DNA of 64,000 nucleotides, taken from the IMG/VR virus record IMGVR_UViG_3300034019_000950, positions 15,356-79,355 of that record; one strand, written 5' to 3'. Below the pieces are notes generated by a model. It saw only the letters and a program-made list of their open reading frames with translations. It did no database searches and was not told the DNA's origin. This DNA is from a virus. Positions within the stretch are counted from its first letter, which is position 1; each line of letters begins with the position of its first letter. Of the stretch, positions 19,010-29,041 are shown in pieces. A program made the position numbers and the translations under genes.

Positions 19010-19452
19010 CAACCCGTGACCATCACGTGCTCGTGCACGCATCGCCTGCTGCTGTGGGCCTCCCCGAGTACGCAAGCAAAGGGGCCGCAGGCGCGGACCT
19101 ACGCGCCGCGTCCGCCGTAGTGCTGGACCCTGGCTGCACCGCGCTGGTGCCGACCGGCATCAGCCTGCAGCTGCCGCCCGGTGTGGAGGCGCAGGTGCGC
19201 CCACGCAGCGGGCTGGCAATGAAGCACGGCATCACCGTGCTCAACGCGCCCGGCACCATTGACAGCGACTACCGGGGCGAGGTCAAGGTGTTGCTGGTGA
19301 ACCACGGACGGGATGCGGTGCAGCTGGAGCGCGGCGACCGCATCGCGCAGCTGGTGCTGGCCCCGGTGCTGAGGGGCGTGTGGCTACCCGTGGACGAGCT
19401 GGACGAAACGGAGCGCGGGGCTGGTGGCTTTGGCTCAACGGGTCGCACATGA
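19006..19452 (+). CDS. dut: Trimeric dUTPase
   Basis: [37 protein letters not shown]. Confidence 0.97.
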   Translation: MTTRDHHVLVHASPAAVGLPEYASKGAAGADLRAASAVVLDPGCTALVPTGISLQLPPGVEAQVRPRSGLAMKHGITVLNAPGTIDSDYRGEVKVLLVNHGRDAVQLERGDRIAQLVLAPVLRGVWLPVDELDETERGAGGFGSTGRT

Positions 19453-19991
19453 AGACGCGGGTCCTGCATCTTGCACTACGAGCAGACGGACCCGCGCCGT
19501 GGTCCCCTTGGATCACCGCCTGTGGGCGCAAGGAATGGGAAGAAGATCTGGCAACCGACGAAACGAAAGTGTCGTGTAAGGCGTGCCTGAGAACTGAGGC
19601 TGGGAGAGACGCGGTGGCAGAACAGACGGTGCTGGCTATGGGGCTAAGCCCCACGCCCGCCGCCACGTGCGCCACCGTGCCATGCGATCAAGAAAAAGGA
19701 CCAACCCCGCTGGAGACTGGGCTACTTATCAACCTTCCACCTCAACTATTGGTGGACATACAGGCACGCGCCGCCTTGGGGCGCGACAAGTATGGAATGC
19801 AGCTGCGCGCACCGTGGCCGCAGGGGCTGAACGAGGCACTGCCCGAGCTGCTGGATGCGGTTGCATACCTATTGTCCAGCGGCCATCCAGACTCGACCTC
19901 GCTCGTGCGCCAGCTGGTGCCCATCATCGGGCAGCTGCACCGGCTGCTGCGCGGCGAGCCAGCGTGGCCAGCATCGCCCGAGGCGCTGTGA
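19449..19991 (+). CDS. Possible all-alpha NTP pyrophosphatase-like protein
   Basis: [10 protein letters not shown]...[13 protein letters not shown]; coupled to dut by ATGA overlap. Confidence 0.4.
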   Translation: MKTRVLHLALRADGPAPWSPWITACGRKEWEEDLATDETKVSCKACLRTEAGRDAVAEQTVLAMGLSPTPAATCATVPCDQEKGPTPLETGLLINLPPQLLVDIQARAALGRDKYGMQLRAPWPQGLNEALPELLDAVAYLLSSGHPDSTSLVRQLVPIIGQLHRLLRGEPAWPASPEAL

Positions 19992-20073
19992 TGCGCGGCG
20001 GGCACCGCTTCCTCGGTGCAGTGTAAAAAGCGTGGATGGCCAAAGTCATTGTGAGTGAAGGAGGTATAGGATA

Positions 20074-20472
20074 GTGACACAAGATCAGGTATGCGAAGTG
20101 ATTGTTGGCCTCGGTGGCAAAGAATACCCCGATGCCCAAAGGTCAGGCGCTACTCGCTGCTTCTACATGAAGCGACTTGTTGGTGTAGCAAAGTGCGGCC
20201 TAAACGACAGGGCGCCGAGCATTCACGTCATCACCCATGCCGACTTTGAGGACACCTACAATAATCAACGGTTTGACGGTGGCGTTGAGTTTACGGTTAG
20301 TGGTCAGGCTGGTGGCGGGCGCTGGATGAAAGCTCTGATCTACGGCGTTAGCCGTGATGAAGTGCAAGGTCTGATGCCAACAATCGAAGCAACGGCAGCT
20401 GCCGTATGGTCGGCTTTCGTGGCCTCGCTTGAACACGAGGACAAGGCAACTGCCAGCAACAACGGCGACTGA
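20074..20472 (+). CDS. Hypothetical protein
   Basis: GGAGG RBS; last gene of the plus-strand block. Confidence 0.55.
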   Translation: MTQDQVCEVIVGLGGKEYPDAQRSGATRCFYMKRLVGVAKCGLNDRAPSIHVITHADFEDTYNNQRFDGGVEFTVSGQAGGGRWMKALIYGVSRDEVQGLMPTIEATAAAVWSAFVASLEHEDKATASNNGD

Positions 20473-20757
20473 TGAGGTGTAGGGTTTACGGTTGCCACGT
20501 GGCGCACCGCTAACCCCGCGCCGCAAGGGGCAAGGCAGCCTGTTAGGGCCGCGCTACACCACCCCTGCGTGCAACGGCTACCCGCAACACCGGCCCGGCT
20601 TGTGGTGTGTTTATGGGCGCTGTGGGTGCGGGCGCCGCATCTTCACGGTGATTGCGCACCATCTGCAGTGGAGCCGTGCCAAGCTCTACACGGCAGGTGT
20701 GCACATCATCCCGTGCAGCCATCACCAGTGCGAGCAGTTCATCCCGCAGGCTGTATG

Positions 20758-21060
20758 TCATGGCAGGCGCTCCAAGGTGGTGTGGATCTGCTGTAGTGAT
20801 TGATCCACGCTCACAAGTCGCTGGTCAATGCGGGCAAGTAGCTGCTGATCTGATCTCTGGTGCTGTTCCAGCTGTGCAACGCGAGGCACAAGCTGTGCAC
20901 CCTCCGTGCGGTCGCTCACCGTTTTCAGCTCGTCCAAACGACGATGAAGGGTGGCGATGTGCTCCCGCGTCCTATCACTTGTGCGAACCCACACGCGCTC
21001 CAGTGTCACCAGGGCGGACAAGGCAAGGCCCGCCCAGCCCACTACCTCGTCCGCCGTCAC
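20758..21060 (-). CDS. Small membrane/coiled-coil protein, possible holin-like
   Basis: N-terminal hydrophobic helix followed by coiled coil; distal end of tail operon. Confidence 0.35.
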   Translation of the reverse strand: MTADEVVGWAGLALSALVTLERVWVRTSDRTREHIATLHRRLDELKTVSDRTEGAQLVPRVAQLEQHQRSDQQLLARIDQRLVSVDQSLQQIHTTLERLP

Positions 21061-21365
21061 GGCTGCACCCGGCGCCGTGCAGGCGGTATGGCGTCGGCGG
21101 GCGGCGCCGCCGCAGCGGCAGCCGTAGCCACGGCAGGCGCGCCTATCGCATCCGTGGTGGGGATCTCACGACCCTCTACCACGTAGCGAAGGTCGGCCTG
21201 CCGCAGCGCGAGGCTGTGCACGTCCACGTCGGGGTGCTCGGGGTCGTTGACCCCACGCACCGCCAGCAGCACCACCATCCCCTGCAGGAACGGGTGCTGC
21301 ACCAGCGAGGCGGCGCGCAGCGTCACCTCGCCGGTAGGGCTGGCCCAGCGGACGAGCACAGCCAC
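21057..21365 (-). CDS. Hypothetical protein
   Basis: Tightly packed between neighbouring genes in the late operon. Confidence 0.5.
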   Translation of the reverse strand: MAVLVRWASPTGEVTLRAASLVQHPFLQGMVVLLAVRGVNDPEHPDVDVHSLALRQADLRYVVEGREIPTTDAIGAPAVATAAAAAAPPADAIPPARRRVQP

Positions 21366-21369
21366 GGCA

Positions 21370-22689
21370 TCAGCCCAGGTAGTTCGCGGTGATCACGTCA
21401 TCCACGGTCGGCGCGGTGCCGCCCAGGGTGACGCGGGTCTTGCTGGTGCCGGTGTTGCGATCCACCACGAACTCGCCATCGCCGGGCGTGCTGGCCACGG
21501 AGAGAAGAAGCTGGCCGTTCAGGGCCACCATGACGCCGGGGTAGAACTCGCTGCGGATGTCCTGCGACAAGTCGTAAGCGAGCGCGGTGCCGCCGGTGAA
21601 GCTCTGCGCGTAGGGCCGGAACCCGGCCTTTGCGAGCGTCACGGCGTTGTCGGCGATCTTGCCCGTGACCACCGCCCCGTTCGCCAGCTGCGTGGTGCCC
21701 ACGCCACCGTCGGCGATCTTGACACCCGTACCGCTCTGGCCCAGGGTGCCACCGTCGAGCAGAAGGGTGACGAACCCGCTGCCGTCGATCTGCACACCAC
21801 CCGTGGCCTTGACGGCCAGCGCGCCGGACGAGAACTCCAGACCCTTGTTTGCGGCAAGGCCAACGGAAAGACCGTCTCCATCCTTGATGATGCCGCTGTT
21901 CGACTTGATGCGGACGGTCAGTCCGTTGCTGTCCGCGATCAGGCCGGGGTTGCTGGCGTTGAGCTTCAGCTGCACGCTGTCGGACAGCACCTGCACGCCG
22001 TTGCTGGTGTTCACCGACAGGGTGTTCCCCGTTTTGGCCAGACCGTCGCCGGCCACAATGCTGGCGGCACCAGTGAACTGAACGAACGTGATGGCCGTGC
22101 TGCCCAGCGTCACAGCGTCGTTCGTGCACACCCAGCCGGTGTCGGCGTTGCCCGTGCCCTCGCTGACGAAGATGGCGGCGCTCGGGAACTCGCTGCCGGC
22201 GTCGAGGTCGGCAGCGCGCGAGGCGGCACCGGACGCGGGCGCCACGTACACGCCGTTTTGGCTGCCCGTGGACTGGCCGATCAGCAGGATGCGGTCGCCT
22301 TCCACCAGCGTCACGCCGTCCACGGTCTGCCCCGCCGCCAGCGCCGTGCTGATGTCCACGTTGGCGATGGCCACCACGCGGGCGGGCTGCTTCCACTTGA
22401 TGCCCTGGGCCACGCCGTCCACGTAGGACTTCGTCGCCACGTCGTCGGACGCGCTCGGGGCCGCAGCGCGCAGGGTGCCGCTGGTGAAGCTCCACGTGCC
22501 GGTGAGGTCAGCCTTGCCGGCGGTCACGGCGTTGGCCGCGAGCTTTCCGGTGGTGACGTTCAGATCAAGGATGGCGGCGGTATCCACCGCATCGTTCGCG
22601 AGCTTGCCGGCGGTGACGGCGTTGTCAGCCAGCTTGCCGGTGGTGATGCTGAGGTCTGCGAACTGCCGGGTAACGAACTGCAGGGCCAT
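21370..22689 (-). CDS. Tail fibre / virion structural protein
   Basis: Repeated (I/V)T(T/A)GKLAxNA units, ATKSYVD, DGVTLVEGDRILL...QNGVY, Gly-rich spacers. Confidence 0.75.
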   Translation of the reverse strand: MALQFVTRQFADLSITTGKLADNAVTAGKLANDAVDTAAILDLNVTTGKLAANAVTAGKADLTGTWSFTSGTLRAAAPSASDDVATKSYVDGVAQGIKWKQPARVVAIANVDISTALAAGQTVDGVTLVEGDRILLIGQSTGSQNGVYVAPASGAASRAADLDAGSEFPSAAIFVSEGTGNADTGWVCTNDAVTLGSTAITFVQFTGAASIVAGDGLAKTGNTLSVNTSNGVQVLSDSVQLKLNASNPGLIADSNGLTVRIKSNSGIIKDGDGLSVGLAANKGLEFSSGALAVKATGGVQIDGSGFVTLLLDGGTLGQSGTGVKIADGGVGTTQLANGAVVTGKIADNAVTLAKAGFRPYAQSFTGGTALAYDLSQDIRSEFYPGVMVALNGQLLLSVASTPGDGEFVVDRNTGTSKTRVTLGGTAPTVDDVITANYLG

Positions 22690-22737
22690 GACTGCTCCAA
22701 GCGGTGAGTGCCGTTGAGTGCTGTGCTGGTGGCCCGT

Positions 22738-23112
22738 CTACGCAGGTCGGTAAGCCACCTCTATACCGCTTGGAGAGGCTGGGGGGAAGGGTAGTGTGAA
22801 GGTGGTGGACGAGCTTTCCGAAAAGTCTGTTAGCCGTAGCCGCTGGCCGCTGTCATATACTTGGAGGCTACCGGGATAATACGCAGCAGGCACAGTGAAC
22901 ACGGTGCGCACACCATCCACCTGAGCGGTCAGGTCGGCACGCAGCAGCGCGGCGCGCACGGCGCGCGTAGCCACCACCACCGCGCCAGTGTAGTCCTGGG
23001 CGGGGCTGGGCGCTGTGGTCGCCTGCAGCAGCGGGTCCGGGTTGTCCTCGGTTGTCCAATACACCAGCACGCCATCACTTACCCGACGTGCACGGTTTAC
23101 GTACTGCAGCAC
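22738..23112 (-). CDS. Virion-associated protein
   Basis: DGVRTVFT...LQVY..GQR...DFSE pattern seen in phage structural modules; position in tail operon. Confidence 0.5.
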   Translation of the reverse strand: MLQYVNRARRVSDGVLVYWTTEDNPDPLLQATTAPSPAQDYTGAVVVATRAVRAALLRADLTAQVDGVRTVFTVPAAYYPGSLQVYDSGQRLRLTDFSESSSTTFTLPFPPASPSGIEVAYRPA

Positions 23113-23121
23113 GATGCCTCC

Positions 23122-23955
23122 CTACTCGATGCGCAGGCCGGCGAAGCCAACGATGCCAAGGTCGTCCGGGTCGCTGGCGTCCACGAGATCGGCGTGCAGC
23201 TCGTACACTCGCGAGCTGGACCGCAGGTTACCCGGCTGCGTGCCAACGGTCAGGCCCGCGCTGAGCACGGCCACGGGCGCAGCCCCCGTGCGCGCCACCA
23301 CAGCACCCGTCACGTACTCGGCATCGCCCACGTTCCACAGCCGGACCCGCACCTGCCACCCGCCGGCAGTGCTGAGCACGGACTGCAGGCGCACCGTGCG
23401 CCCGTCAGGGTAGTCGGCAGGGTTCCACGGCACGGCAGCCAGCACGCGCACACCGTCGCGGTCTGTGACAAGCTGCTGCCCGCACCACACCATCGGCTGA
23501 TGCAGCGGCGCCGGCACGTAGCTGGGCAGCTGCCCCGCGCCCTGGCTTGCCAGCACTCGGCCAGCCGTGCCCACCGCAAGGCGCGCCCACGTGCCTTGTG
23601 TATCGCGTACCAGCAGGTCGCCCGTGGTCTGCCCGGCGACGCCTACGGCCAGAGACACAGGACCACCAGGGCCGCCATCGGCCAAGGTAAGGCCAACACC
23701 TGCGGTCAGCACTCGTTCTGCAGTAAGGCCCGCGCTTGTCCCGATGACCACGTAGCTGGCGTCGGTGGGCGCGCCGCCACCCTGACCACCAGACACAAGG
23801 TCGAACGACAGCGTAGCCGGGTTCCACGAAAGCGTGGACCCCTCGGCTGTCTGCACCGTAGCACTTGATCCAAGCTTAGGCGCGTGACCGGCAAGGTTGA
23901 GTAGCGCGATGCGCTCGGCAGGGCTACCACCGCCACCAGCACGACCGGACATCAT
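23122..23955 (-). CDS. Tail fibre-related protein
   Basis: GDLLVR...WARLAVGTAGRVL motif; Gly-rich; in tail operon. Confidence 0.55.
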   Translation of the reverse strand: MMSGRAGGGGSPAERIALLNLAGHAPKLGSSATVQTAEGSTLSWNPATLSFDLVSGGQGGGAPTDASYVVIGTSAGLTAERVLTAGVGLTLADGGPGGPVSLAVGVAGQTTGDLLVRDTQGTWARLAVGTAGRVLASQGAGQLPSYVPAPLHQPMVWCGQQLVTDRDGVRVLAAVPWNPADYPDGRTVRLQSVLSTAGGWQVRVRLWNVGDAEYVTGAVVARTGAAPVAVLSAGLTVGTQPGNLRSSSRVYELHADLVDASDPDDLGIVGFAGLRIE

Positions 23956-25607
23956 GCACCCCCGGCCATGCTTGCTGATGCACTACCGCCGCCGAGGGCG
24001 TAGTAGCGCGCCCACACGCGCAGTCCAAGCGTGCACGCAGACGGTGTGTAGGTGATTGACTCAACCGTTGCGCGCTGCTCTGACCACCCAAACTCGGCAT
24101 CCGTCAGCAACACTGTGTCGCCACGCCGCAGATGAAGCAAAACCCAAGGTGCAGCAAGATAATCGACACGATAGCTGGGCAGCGCCGTATGCTCCACCAG
24201 CCAGTCCACCACCGCCTCTGCCACCTGCTGTTCAGCAATCCACAGGCTCTCCACAACGTCGCCTTGACGCTCGCCCACCATCTGCCGGCTAATCTGACAC
24301 AGCAGGCTGTTCGTCGGGTCACGCTGCACGACGCCAGTGTAGGCATCGGTCAGCGGGTCGTATCCGTACTGCATGGTGAAGGTGTTTTGCAGATTGGAAC
24401 GTGGGCTTTCTGAAACGCTCGTGGCCCTATCAAGCAGGGGCCACTGGTCAGCGACCAAAGACAACACGGGTGGAGCACGCCTGTCAGTGACAATCGGGCC
24501 GTACCCACCACCTTCCCAGATCATCGACACCATCGGAAAGCTTGTAAGGAACTCCCCCTCGATGAAGGCAATGACAGTCGTGTTGGATGCGCCGCTGGCG
24601 TTGACGGCGCAGCGTGCAGCCATACGTGAGCCGAGCTTTGCCTGCGCCTCCGCAAACAAGCCGTGTGAGGCTCCAGCAGGTCCAAGTGTGGTGTAGCCCT
24701 CCACAAGCTCACGAATGATGGTTGTGGGCGTGCCATCACTCGGCCCACCGCTAACCGACACATATACAGCTTCATCACCAGAAAAGCCAGATAGTCCGCC
24801 GGTAAAGGACAGACGAGTGTATGGCTCGCCCATTGCGTCCACCGCGTTGACCTGCGCCCACGGGTAGTAAATGGAGGTTGACGTATAGGCAGCACCATCC
24901 ACATACACGGCTGTAATCGTCAGGTGTCCGTGGCACACAGCATAGGCGGGCGTCGAAACAGACGACGAGACGAGGATGGCAGGAAGCGGGTCGAACGAAG
25001 GCAGAACGACTGGTAGCCGTTGGCCCTCACTTGCCGATGGCAGTCCGCTGATGCGCTCGGAAGTCAAAACATACGGTGGTAACTGCTGGTCACAGCTGGC
25101 CAGCGGGTCAGTCACGGTGCAGGAAACAACCTGAGCGATAGCGCCAAACTGAACATCATCCATATCACCACGGATGAGAACAATGCGCTGGTCGTGATCT
25201 CCACCGTCTACGTTCAGCGACACCTCTGCCACGCCAGACAGCAACCGACCCGCCGCAATCAGCCCCGCTGCGTTGACCAGTGCGTTGGGAACAGTGACAG
25301 ACAACGTCTTTGCCGTGCTGGACCCGCTCGCAAGCTGATAGTCCATCGTGATGCTGATGCTGTCGCTCAACAACCCGTGCCAGGACTGAACCTCGCCCGT
25401 CAGGCTGCTACGTGTGCTGCACTGCCTGTTCGCAACCCGCACCACATGATCATCGCCAAAGACAAGCTCTACACAAACGGCAAGGCCATATAGCTGAGGG
25501 TCGATCTGCAGCACGCCCTGCCAGTAGCTGCTGCTCAACCCACGAGCGCCAAAGCGCCCGGTGCGCCAGCGAGTGAAAGCCGGGTGCTGCAGGTAAAGAC
25601 TGCTCAC
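23952..25607 (-). CDS. Minor tail (hub-like) protein
   Basis: Position downstream of tape measure; C-terminal LRRGDTVLLTD. Confidence 0.6.
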   Translation of the reverse strand: MSSLYLQHPAFTRWRTGRFGARGLSSSYWQGVLQIDPQLYGLAVCVELVFGDDHVVRVANRQCSTRSSLTGEVQSWHGLLSDSISITMDYQLASGSSTAKTLSVTVPNALVNAAGLIAAGRLLSGVAEVSLNVDGGDHDQRIVLIRGDMDDVQFGAIAQVVSCTVTDPLASCDQQLPPYVLTSERISGLPSASEGQRLPVVLPSFDPLPAILVSSSVSTPAYAVCHGHLTITAVYVDGAAYTSTSIYYPWAQVNAVDAMGEPYTRLSFTGGLSGFSGDEAVYVSVSGGPSDGTPTTIIRELVEGYTTLGPAGASHGLFAEAQAKLGSRMAARCAVNASGASNTTVIAFIEGEFLTSFPMVSMIWEGGGYGPIVTDRRAPPVLSLVADQWPLLDRATSVSESPRSNLQNTFTMQYGYDPLTDAYTGVVQRDPTNSLLCQISRQMVGERQGDVVESLWIAEQQVAEAVVDWLVEHTALPSYRVDYLAAPWVLLHLRRGDTVLLTDAEFGWSEQRATVESITYTPSACTLGLRVWARYYALGGGSASASMAGGA

Positions 25608-28600
25608 ACCTCCTCCTCAAAGGTCACTGCCAAGTCGCCCACCTGCACCCACCTCTGGAGCGTTGTATCGTACCGCCATCCGGCATTCGCCAGCTCGGTG
25701 CTACCCATGAAGCGTGAGTAAAGCATGGAGAGGCTTTGCTTTTGATCGTCGCTGCACAGCACGAGTGGATGCGCGCCATACCGGCCAAGGTGACGCATCG
25801 TTGCACGGAAAGCCTCACGCCAACGCTCAACATCACCTTGACTGTTCCCAGTAACGACACGACGCGGAGTGCCGGCGACGTAAGCTGTACGGGCGCCAGA
25901 AACAGCGGTTGTAAACTCAACATTCCCTGACTGTTCATCCCCGGTGTTCCAGTCAAGCGGAACGCTAAACGGCAAGGTCATGCCAGCGACAATCGAACCG
26001 ATACGCCAATAGCCCTCGGGCGGCGCACCCTGCACAGCATCGGATGGAATGGTGATGCGCAGGTAGCGAGGGAAGTCGTTGTCGGCGCGCCGTGTACCAG
26101 TGCCAGATGCGTCCGCAATAACCCGTACACCTTGCGGGTAGTCAGCGAAGGCCAGAAGGTGCCGATCCGCCCAGATGTCCAGGGTCACACCGCTGGTGAT
26201 CCCATAGCTAAACAGACCCTGCGTCAATCCGGCAAAGTGGATTGTGTCGCCGTGGTTGGTGGCGATGCGAATGATGCTCGGGTTGGTGCTGAGCGCGTGC
26301 ACCTGTGCCCGGCAGTAGTGCCCCGCCAGCTCTCCATCACGCCACTGCGCCGCCTGCGATGCGTTGACCCGCACGCTGTTGCTTGCAAGACCCTGGGATT
26401 GCAAGGTGGCGATGTACCGCAGACCGTCTACGTAGATGCGCGAGGGTGATGAAAGGGTGGCATCATCACCGTACTCCAGTGTGAAGTAGCGGCTGTTGGT
26501 TCCAACGACGGCAAAGCCACTGTGCCGGAAGCGAACGACATCGCCAGTGACGGAGGCTCGCTGTGCGTCAAGCAGCAGCTGTTGTTCAGCCTCCGTTGTG
26601 CTGCGCCACCCGCTCTCCGGGCTGGGCGTCACAAGCTGGTCGCCACCATACTGATACTGAACCGGGGCAACGAAAGTATCGCCATCAAAACCGCCGCCAC
26701 CGCCCCACCGGATGCTGATACCCTGCGCCACGTGTTGCGGCTCGGCCGCAGCAAGCCATCCACGCAGATTGCTCGGATTGGTCAGGCCATATTGCCCCAG
26801 GCTGCTGACGCGCGACCACCATGCTTCGCGCCATTCATGTGTGAATGTAGCGGTTGCCTGGACAGCAAGGTGTCCCCACTCAACACGCTGAAACGCGGTC
26901 GGCAGGACTGCGCTTGTTAGCGTCAGCGGCCCGGTGGTGTTCCACACGTTGTCGCCGGCACGCGACCACGAAAGCTCGGCACTTGTGGTGCTGACCTGGG
27001 TTTGGATGGCAACACGGAAGTCATACCAGCTGCCGGTCGTGATGCCAGCGAGCGCGTTTTGCGGGCTGAGGAACAGAGTTGTGACAGCGTTGGGGTCGTA
27101 GATGCCGACGCTCCCATCGCTGGAGAGGTGGACGCCAACAGCAAAGGATAGACCCGCGCTTGACAGTGCCTGGATGCCAGCCCCCCAGCGGGGCGCCCGC
27201 ATAGCCGCCCCAGTCACGGCAGACGGCTGCGTGCTGCTCGTTCCTGCCGTTGCGCGGGTTGTCCATCCCAGCACACCATCGTCGGCCATAAACTGCGTGA
27301 CGGCCGCAGCCGCTTGCGAGACGCTGATGGAGAGGCGGCTGGGCGTTCCTACAGTGAACTGGGTTGCGTCCGCTACCCATGTGAGCAACGGCGTGCCAGC
27401 GGAGGATGCCCCCCAGGGAGTGAACGCGCTGGCACCGCTGTAGGCTGGTGGCCCGTATTGTGAACTCCAATAGTTAGTGAACATGCTGCCGAACTCGTCG
27501 GACAGCACGCCAGCTTCACGGTGCACGGGTCGTCGGCTGTAGCCCGACCAGTAAGCAAGTGTTCCTGCCTTCCAGTCTGCCGTGCCTGTTCCAGTTTCAC
27601 GGTCGATGCCGCCCGCCAGGAAGCCCAGCCGATCGCCCAGCCATGCCAGCGTGCCGCCCTTGGGGCCGTAGCGCATGGACCCGGTGTGACCCAGGATATC
27701 GTCGCCCCACAGCACCCACTCTCCGACACGCGGCGCGGTGGCGCTCCATCCTGCCTGAATGCGATCTACAGGAATGAGGAAGCTGTAGTTGGCGAAACGG
27801 TTGTTCCCAGCCGCATCATCTGTATGAACAAGCAGGTAGACGTAGGCGCCGCCACGAGCCAGATACAGCGCCTTGCTGTTACCGACTGCACTAATCAAGC
27901 CAACGGTGAAGCCAGACGGCGCCCAGGCACCGCCACGGCTTGCGAACTCATACCTCCACGTGCCAGCAGCCAGCGCACGGACACGGAAAAAGGCCCCATC
28001 AAGGGTTCCAAGTCCAACGATGTCGTTCAGCTCGTTAGCGTTGAAGCTGTCGCCATTGGAAAGGTCGTCCAGCCCATCCGGCTCGGCCACCGCCGCGCCC
28101 CACGTGGCACCGCGATCACCGCTATAAACGCTGGCAATCCCCTGCGTCGCCGTGCTGCCAAGCCAAAGCTCCATTCTGAGCCAGTCGCCGCTCACGGCTG
28201 CACGCATGGCGAAGATCTGATGGGTGCGACCGTAGATGGCAGAAACGATGCCCGGCGTTGCCAGTGTCCACGTTGCGCCACCATCACGGCTGGTCAGCAT
28301 GTCAACATCAGACATGCCGGGGGCGCCGGAAGGGTCGGGCACGTAGGTATAAAACCACCGCAAGCTGCCGTCAGGCAGCTCTACAATCGCAGAGTAGCCA
28401 GTGAAGGCAGGAACGCGCCCGATTGCAGGCGTGTATGTCGTGGTGGTGTAGTTAGCGGAGGGATCAGAAGTGGACAGGCTGCGGTAAGCAATGTCAAAGA
28501 CGGACGTTCCGCTTCTCAACCGCACCGCGACAACACGATTGAACGCGGAGCTGTAGGCAAGCGCATAGTGTCCAGCGGCCGTTTTCGCCGTGTTCCACGG

Positions 28601-29041
28601 ATGATGGACGCCCTGTTCATATCGCAGGTCGTGGGCGCCGCGCGTCTGTGACTGGTCGTCCGTTTGGTATCGCCAGCCCCACTCGGCACCCTCAAACAGA
28701 CCGCCCGTAGACAACAGCTGTGCCACCATCCCGGTAGGCGAAGGTTGCGGTGTTGATGGCGTAGTATCCCAAGCTCCAGCCAAGAAAGGCAGCAGATCGC
28801 CCTCGTTGGTGGCGTCAGGGTAGGCGGTTCCAAGTCGCGGGCCTTGCTGACTGGTGGCAGTGGACAACACGTTGCTGCGCAGCGCCGCGTCCTGGGTCAG
28901 CAGAAATGAGCGAGGTTCCGCCCTGTCTGCCTGCAGATCAAGGTCGGCCCATACAACCTCTGCCGTTGCTCCAAACGCGGTGCCACTGGTGATGCCGAAG
29001 TGGACGACAGACGCAACAGCGCCAGAGGCAGGGGTAGCCAT
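25604..29041 (-). CDS. Large tail protein with BNR/Asp-box repeats
   Basis: 1145 aa; SRDGGATW and SGDRGATW Asp-boxes; YLRITI...IGSIVAG C-terminus. Confidence 0.65.
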   Translation of the reverse strand: MATPASGAVASVVHFGITSGTAFGATAEVVWADLDLQADRAEPRSFLLTQDAALRSNVLSTATSQQGPRLGTAYPDATNEGDLLPFLAGAWDTTPSTPQPSPTGMVAQLLSTGGLFEGAEWGWRYQTDDQSQTRGAHDLRYEQGVHHPWNTAKTAAGHYALAYSSAFNRVVAVRLRSGTSVFDIAYRSLSTSDPSANYTTTTYTPAIGRVPAFTGYSAIVELPDGSLRWFYTYVPDPSGAPGMSDVDMLTSRDGGATWTLATPGIVSAIYGRTHQIFAMRAAVSGDWLRMELWLGSTATQGIASVYSGDRGATWGAAVAEPDGLDDLSNGDSFNANELNDIVGLGTLDGAFFRVRALAAGTWRYEFASRGGAWAPSGFTVGLISAVGNSKALYLARGGAYVYLLVHTDDAAGNNRFANYSFLIPVDRIQAGWSATAPRVGEWVLWGDDILGHTGSMRYGPKGGTLAWLGDRLGFLAGGIDRETGTGTADWKAGTLAYWSGYSRRPVHREAGVLSDEFGSMFTNYWSSQYGPPAYSGASAFTPWGASSAGTPLLTWVADATQFTVGTPSRLSISVSQAAAAVTQFMADDGVLGWTTRATAGTSSTQPSAVTGAAMRAPRWGAGIQALSSAGLSFAVGVHLSSDGSVGIYDPNAVTTLFLSPQNALAGITTGSWYDFRVAIQTQVSTTSAELSWSRAGDNVWNTTGPLTLTSAVLPTAFQRVEWGHLAVQATATFTHEWREAWWSRVSSLGQYGLTNPSNLRGWLAAAEPQHVAQGISIRWGGGGGFDGDTFVAPVQYQYGGDQLVTPSPESGWRSTTEAEQQLLLDAQRASVTGDVVRFRHSGFAVVGTNSRYFTLEYGDDATLSSPSRIYVDGLRYIATLQSQGLASNSVRVNASQAAQWRDGELAGHYCRAQVHALSTNPSIIRIATNHGDTIHFAGLTQGLFSYGITSGVTLDIWADRHLLAFADYPQGVRVIADASGTGTRRADNDFPRYLRITIPSDAVQGAPPEGYWRIGSIVAGMTLPFSVPLDWNTGDEQSGNVEFTTAVSGARTAYVAGTPRRVVTGNSQGDVERWREAFRATMRHLGRYGAHPLVLCSDDQKQSLSMLYSRFMGSTELANAGWRYDTTLQRWVQVGDLAVTFEEEV

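Noticed and set aside
20476-20507. An eighth GTGCG promoter copy on the minus strand
   Set aside because: Spacing is 21 rather than 18 nt and it points antisense into a plus-strand gene.
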